Shown piece by piece: positions 15,143 through 19,476 of a stretch of 19,476 bases of DNA (position 1 is the stretch's first letter; every line of letters starts with the position of its first letter). This stretch comes from a bacterium (lineage in GTDB: Bacteria; Arandabacterota; Arandabacteria; Arandabacterales; JALGWA01): contig JASFEA010000053.1 of the NCBI GenBank assembly GCA_050125095.1, forward strand, positions 1 to 19,476, in the 5' to 3' direction. Below the pieces are notes generated by a model. It was not told the origin of the DNA, did not search any database, and worked only from the letters and a program-made list of their open reading frames with translations. The translations under genes were made by a program, and so were the position numbers.

Positions 15143-16848
15143 AGAGGCTCCTGCTCGTCGGCAATCCCAATGTCGGCAAGAGCGTCATCTTCTCGAATCT
15201 CACCGGCGTCAACGTTGCATGCTCCAATTATCCCGGTACCACCGTCGAATACTGCGCCGGCCGGCGCAGGATCGGCAGCGAACAGGTTGAGATAATCGAC
15301 GTACCGGGCGCCTACAGTCTTGAGCCCACCAGCAAGGCCGAAGAAGTCGCCACCCGCATGATAGACGGCGGCGACATCATAGTAGATGTGGTCGACGCAA
15401 CCAATCTCGAGCGGAACCTCTACCTCACGCTGCAGCTCCTGGAGACCGGAAAGCCGGTCATAGTTGCATTGAACATATGGGACGAGACCAAACACAGGGG
15501 CATTGAGATCAACGTGGAGGCTCTCTCGGAGATGCTGGGAGTCCCGGTGGTTCCCACGGCGGGTCGAAGCGGTTACGGCCTCGACCGGCTTCTCACGAGC
15601 CTCGGCCAGGCAAGGGCACCCAGGCGCGAGAAGACCAGCGCGGACGAGCGCTGGAAACTCATCGGCAAGATCATCGCGGCCACGCAGCGGCTGACCCACC
15701 GCCACCATACGTTCCTGGAGAGGCTGGAAGACGCCAGCATACATCCGGTGGGCGGGTTCTTCGTCGCGGCCGCGGTCATCATCGTCTCGTTTTCACTTGT
15801 GCGCGCGATCGGTGAGTCGCTCATCACCTTCGTGATGAATCCCTTCTTTAATAAGATATATCTCCCCCTTGTCGAAGTCGTGAGCGAGCAGACAGCTTCG
15901 AACGAGTTCCTGCACAGCGTTCTCATAGGCAAGCTCGTGGACGGCCAGGTGGACTTCATCCAGTCTTTCGGCCTCCTCACGACGGCGCTGTACGTGCCAG
16001 TAGGCATGGTCCTGCCCTATGTGGTGGCCTTCTATTTCATGCTGGGATTCCTGGAAGACATCGGCTACCTGCCCAGGCTGGCCATACTTCTCGACGGCTT
16101 GATGCACAAGATCGGGCTTCACGGCTACACCGTGATACCGACCCTCCTGGGCCTCGGCTGCAATGTGCCGGCGCTTCTGGCAACGAGAATACTGGAGAGC
16201 CGGCGCGAGAGGTTCATAGTCGCGACGCTGATATCTATCGCCGTTCCATGCGTGTCCCTGCAGGCCATGATCGTGGGCCTGCTTGGCCACTACGGCATGC
16301 GCTATGTGGCGTTTGTTTACGGGGTGCTGTTCCTGGTCTGGCTCACGCTCGGCCTTATCATGAAGGTCTTCACGCGGGGCATACTGCCGGCCCTTCTTAT
16401 AGAGATACCGCCGTACCGGCCGCCCCACATGCGCTCGCTTGCGGTGAAGTTCAGAATGAGGACCTTCGGATTCCTCAAGGAGGCGCTCCCCGTGGTGCTT
16501 ATCGGAGTCGCCGTCATCAATCTCCTCTATGCAATTGGAATACTGGATTCTCTGGCGAACCTCACCGCGCCCGTCGTGACCAGGGTGCTTGGGCTTCCCA
16601 AGGAGGCGGTGCTCGCCATAGTCGTGGGCTTTTTGAGAAAGGACATAGGCGTCGGCATGCTGGCGCCCCTGGGGCTCAGCGTCAAGCAGCTCATAATCGG
16701 CTGCGCCACGCTGGCCATGTTTTTCCCGTGCATAGCCACGTTCGTCATCATGTTCAAGGAACTTGGCCCCGTTGACATGGTAAAAGCTATTTGTGTGATG
16801 GTGGCGACTTCTCTTGTTGTAGGGGGCATACTTAATGTTGTACTCTAG
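15139..16848 (+). CDS. feoB: Ferrous iron transporter B (short form, 569 aa)
   Basis: G1 GNPNVGKS, G2 NYPGTT, G3 DVPG, DATNLERNLYL, G4 NIWD; membrane motifs LEDIGYLPRLA, GLGCNVPA, IEIPPYRPP, FFPCIAT; TTGA overlap with feoA. Confidence 0.93.
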   Translation: MKRLLLVGNPNVGKSVIFSNLTGVNVACSNYPGTTVEYCAGRRRIGSEQVEIIDVPGAYSLEPTSKAEEVATRMIDGGDIIVDVVDATNLERNLYLTLQLLETGKPVIVALNIWDETKHRGIEINVEALSEMLGVPVVPTAGRSGYGLDRLLTSLGQARAPRREKTSADERWKLIGKIIAATQRLTHRHHTFLERLEDASIHPVGGFFVAAAVIIVSFSLVRAIGESLITFVMNPFFNKIYLPLVEVVSEQTASNEFLHSVLIGKLVDGQVDFIQSFGLLTTALYVPVGMVLPYVVAFYFMLGFLEDIGYLPRLAILLDGLMHKIGLHGYTVIPTLLGLGCNVPALLATRILESRRERFIVATLISIAVPCVSLQAMIVGLLGHYGMRYVAFVYGVLFLVWLTLGLIMKVFTRGILPALLIEIPPYRPPHMRSLAVKFRMRTFGFLKEALPVVLIGVAVINLLYAIGILDSLANLTAPVVTRVLGLPKEAVLAIVVGFLRKDIGVGMLAPLGLSVKQLIIGCATLAMFFPCIATFVIMFKELGPVDMVKAICVMVATSLVVGGILNVVL

Positions 16849-16869
16849 CATCTGAGCTGGAGACTGTAT

Positions 16870-18552
16870 ATGGATGTACGAGTCAAAACTGCCGCGATTT
16901 CGATTTTTATCAACATCATTCTCGTGGCATTCAAGTTCTACCTGTCCAGGGTATCCGGCAGCGCTTCCCTCAATGCCGACGCATGGCACTCCATATCGGA
17001 CCTGTGCGTTTCGGCTTTCGTCCTCGCCGGCCTGCGCGTGTCGGGCGGGGGCGGCAGGAAGGCGCTGGTGAACTGGCGCGGGTTCGAGGACGTCGTGGCC
17101 CTCGGAGTCGGCGGTTTCATTCTCTACACGGGTATTCGCATCTTCAGCGAGTCGGTCAGCCAGGTTCCCCAGCAGCTCACCAATGTAGGCTTCGCCATAA
17201 CCGGGGCGCTCGTCTGCGTGCTCATATCGTATCTCCTTGCCACCATGAAGATCAGCATCGGCAAGCTGCACAACTCGCCGAGTCTGGTGGCCGACGGCTA
17301 TCATTCGAGAATGGACATGTACTCGACCGTGGCGGTCACGCTGGGTCTCTTCGGCGCCATGATCGGCGTTGGTCTGGACAGGGTGGCGGCGGCATTCGTG
17401 GCTATCATCATCGTTCTCACCGGCCTCGAGATCATCGTGAGCTCGATAAGGGCCATCGCAGGCGGCGAGAACATAAGCGACTACTTCATCACGCTTCTAT
17501 TCGAGAGGGGCAGGCGGCACGGCCCCTGGGGCCGCGCGGCGAACGCCATCCTCAGGATCCGCGACTGGCTGAAGAAGGACCGGCGCTATGCCTATGTGAT
17601 CCCGGCCGTAGTTGTTGGAATATGGGCCCTCTCCGGCTTCTACACCCTCGAGCTCGGCGAGGAAGGCCTGGTCTTCAGGTTCGGCAAGCTGGCCAGTTAC
17701 GAGCTCGATCCGGGGGTTCACTATCACAACCCGGCTCCGTTTGAAAAAGTGATAAAGGTCCGTGTCGCGGCGATTCATCGAATCGAGCTCGGCTTCAGGA
17801 GCGCCGGCCGGGGGACGGCCAGCGCCCGGGCTTACCAGTGGGAGAGCCGCCACCTGGCCGGAAGCTATGAGAAGAGACTCAGCGAGTCCCTCATATTCAC
17901 GGGGGACGAGAACATCATAGACGTCAACACGGTGATCCAGTATCGAGTCCGCGAGCCCGTGCTTTTCATTCTCAGCGTGGAAGATCCGGAAACCGTGGTG
18001 CGTGCCGGCGCCGAGGCCGCGATCAGGGAAGTCATCAGCAGCACGGCCATCGACGACCTCCTGACGACCCAGAGGACCCAGGTCGAGGCGAAGGTGCACG
18101 CATTGCTGCAGGAGATACTGGACGCTACGGCCCCGGGCGTCGTGGTCACCGCGGTCAAGTTGCAGGACGCGCACCCGCCCTACGAGGTTGTAAGCGCCTT
18201 CAGGGAAGTGGCGAGCGCGAGGGAGGATAAGAACAGGATGATCAACCAGGCCCTTGCGTATCGCGACAGCCTCATACCGGAAGTGAGAGGCCTTGCCGCC
18301 AAGCTGGTTGAAGAGGCCCACGCCGAGACTACCGAGGCCATACATCACGCGCGCGGCGAGGCCAGCAGGTTCGTCGACGTGCTCGCAGAATACAAGAAGG
18401 CAGAGGAGGTTACCGAGCTCCGTCTCTACCTGGAGACAATGGAGCGCGTTCTGCCCGGGCTGGAGAAGTTCATTGTCGAGCCGGAGGCGGGCGAAGAGCC
18501 GCTCGATCTCCGCTTCTTCGACGAGTCCGCCGTGGGCATAAAGTGGGACTGA
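16870..18552 (+). CDS. hflK: Fusion protein: cation diffusion facilitator (CDF) transmembrane domain + HflK (SPFH) domain
   Basis: Residues ~1-195: CDF signatures SGSASLNADAWHSISD and SPSLVADGYHSRMD with six hydrophobic segments; from ~245: HflK motifs WALSGFYT, RFGK, PGVHYHNPAP, FTGDENIIDV, LQDAHPP, AFREVASAREDK, ARGEASRF, RLYLETMERVL. One uninterrupted ORF. Confidence 0.9.
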   Translation: MDVRVKTAAISIFINIILVAFKFYLSRVSGSASLNADAWHSISDLCVSAFVLAGLRVSGGGGRKALVNWRGFEDVVALGVGGFILYTGIRIFSESVSQVPQQLTNVGFAITGALVCVLISYLLATMKISIGKLHNSPSLVADGYHSRMDMYSTVAVTLGLFGAMIGVGLDRVAAAFVAIIIVLTGLEIIVSSIRAIAGGENISDYFITLLFERGRRHGPWGRAANAILRIRDWLKKDRRYAYVIPAVVVGIWALSGFYTLELGEEGLVFRFGKLASYELDPGVHYHNPAPFEKVIKVRVAAIHRIELGFRSAGRGTASARAYQWESRHLAGSYEKRLSESLIFTGDENIIDVNTVIQYRVREPVLFILSVEDPETVVRAGAEAAIREVISSTAIDDLLTTQRTQVEAKVHALLQEILDATAPGVVVTAVKLQDAHPPYEVVSAFREVASAREDKNRMINQALAYRDSLIPEVRGLAAKLVEEAHAETTEAIHHARGEASRFVDVLAEYKKAEEVTELRLYLETMERVLPGLEKFIVEPEAGEEPLDLRFFDESAVGIKWD

Positions 18553-18567
18553 CAGGAGGCAGGTAAG

Positions 18568-19443
18568 ATGAGAAAACGGGCAATCATTTACATCGTGGGG
18601 ATTGTAGTCGTTCTCCTCGTCTTGAGCTCGGTTCTCTTTGAAGTCAAGGAGACCGAGCATGTCGTCGTTACGCAATTCGGGAAACCGGTGCGGGTCATTG
18701 ACGAGGCCGGTCTGTTCGCCAAGATGCCCGACCCGTTCCAGTCGGTGCGCAGGTTCGACAAGAGGCTGCTGCTCTATGACGTCAAGGCTGCGGAGTTCGT
18801 CACTTCCGACAAGAAGAACCTCATTCTCGACATGTACCTGACGTGGAAGATCGTCGAGCCGCTGAGGTTCCTGGCGTCGGTGCGCGAACGGAGCATCGCC
18901 GAGTTCCTGCTGGCGGACGTCGCCGGGGCCGAGGTGGGCGCGGCCATAGGCAAGGTGCCGCTGTCGGCACTGGTCTCCATAGACCCTGCCGCGGTCATGG
19001 TCGACTCCATAATGGGCCAGGTGACCCGGAACTGCCGCTCGCGGGCGCTTGCCGACTACGGCATCGACGTGCAGTACGTGAAAGTCAAGCGCATCCGGCT
19101 GCCCGAGCAGAACCTCGAGAGCGTGTTCCAGAGGATGCGCACCGACCGGCAGAGAATAGCCAAGAAGTACCGCTCGGAGGGCGAGGAGGAAGCCATAAAG
19201 ATCCGCGCCGACGCGGACAAGGAGAAGCGCGACATACTCGCGCGCGCATACCGGGACGCCGAGATGATACGCGGCGAGGGCGAGGCCGAGGCGGCGGGGA
19301 TCTACGCCTCGGCATTCAGCCGGGACCCGGGCTTCTACAAGCTCACGCGCACCCTCCAGGCGTACGAGAAGTTCCTGAACAGCAAGACGACGGTCGTTCT
19401 CTCCACCGACTCTGAGCTATTGAGGCTCTTCAAGGAGAGATAA
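18568..19443 (+). CDS. hflC: HflC-like SPFH protein (FtsH protease modulator family)
   Basis: N-terminal TM helix, VVTQFGKPV, FDKRLL, TSDKKNL, YGIDV, VFQRMRTDR, YRSEGEEEA, RGEGEAEAA, DPGFYKLTRTLQAY; SD AGGAGG upstream. Confidence 0.92.
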   Translation: MRKRAIIYIVGIVVVLLVLSSVLFEVKETEHVVVTQFGKPVRVIDEAGLFAKMPDPFQSVRRFDKRLLLYDVKAAEFVTSDKKNLILDMYLTWKIVEPLRFLASVRERSIAEFLLADVAGAEVGAAIGKVPLSALVSIDPAAVMVDSIMGQVTRNCRSRALADYGIDVQYVKVKRIRLPEQNLESVFQRMRTDRQRIAKKYRSEGEEEAIKIRADADKEKRDILARAYRDAEMIRGEGEAEAAGIYASAFSRDPGFYKLTRTLQAYEKFLNSKTTVVLSTDSELLRLFKER

Positions 19444-19464
19444 GAAGAACTTGAAGGTGACAGG

Positions 19465-19476
19465 ATGAACCAGGGT
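19465..19476 (+). CDS. Possible start of the next operon gene (MNQG...), truncated by the window
   Basis: AAGGTGA SD-like sequence (19454-19460) then ATG at 19465; only four codons visible. Confidence 0.3.

Noticed and set aside
15793-18675. Long minus-strand ORFs 15793-17304 and 17497-18675
   Set aside because: Antisense shadows of feoB and CDF-hflK with no family signatures.

Overview
GC-rich bacterial chromosomal window, probably from an anaerobe with selenocysteine machinery (inferred). Left to right: (1) a 5'-truncated TPR protein; (2) an AhpC/PrxU-type peroxiredoxin that the ORF track splits in two but which is one gene (802-1602) with an in-frame UGA at the peroxidatic-Cys position, a SECIS-like hairpin and an unusual N-terminal signal peptide; (3) a REP-like inverted repeat that recurs at ~7196; (4) a trehalose operon (fused T6P synthase/phosphatase plus TreT) followed by a decayed SAM methyltransferase; (5) a REC-HDOD protein whose phospho-acceptor Asp is Glu; (6) HU and a TIM-barrel epimerase/AP-endonuclease-2 protein; (7) a sigma54 activator with two CX8CX3C PAS domains (OrpR-like), tandem enhancer-like sites and a -24/-12 promoter driving an 'orange protein' (orp)-type cluster: a small Gly/Arg/Trp protein, a NifX-RGG-coiled-coil fusion, two ferredoxin-containing MinD-like ATPases and an Mrp-NifX fusion; (8) feoA, a short feoB, a cation-diffusion-facilitator membrane domain fused to HflK, and hflC. 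The most unusual items are the CDF-HflK/HflC module linked to feoAB and the orp cluster, the apparently exported selenoperoxiredoxin, and the double Fe-S-PAS activator. All family assignments come from motif recognition by eye; no searches were run.
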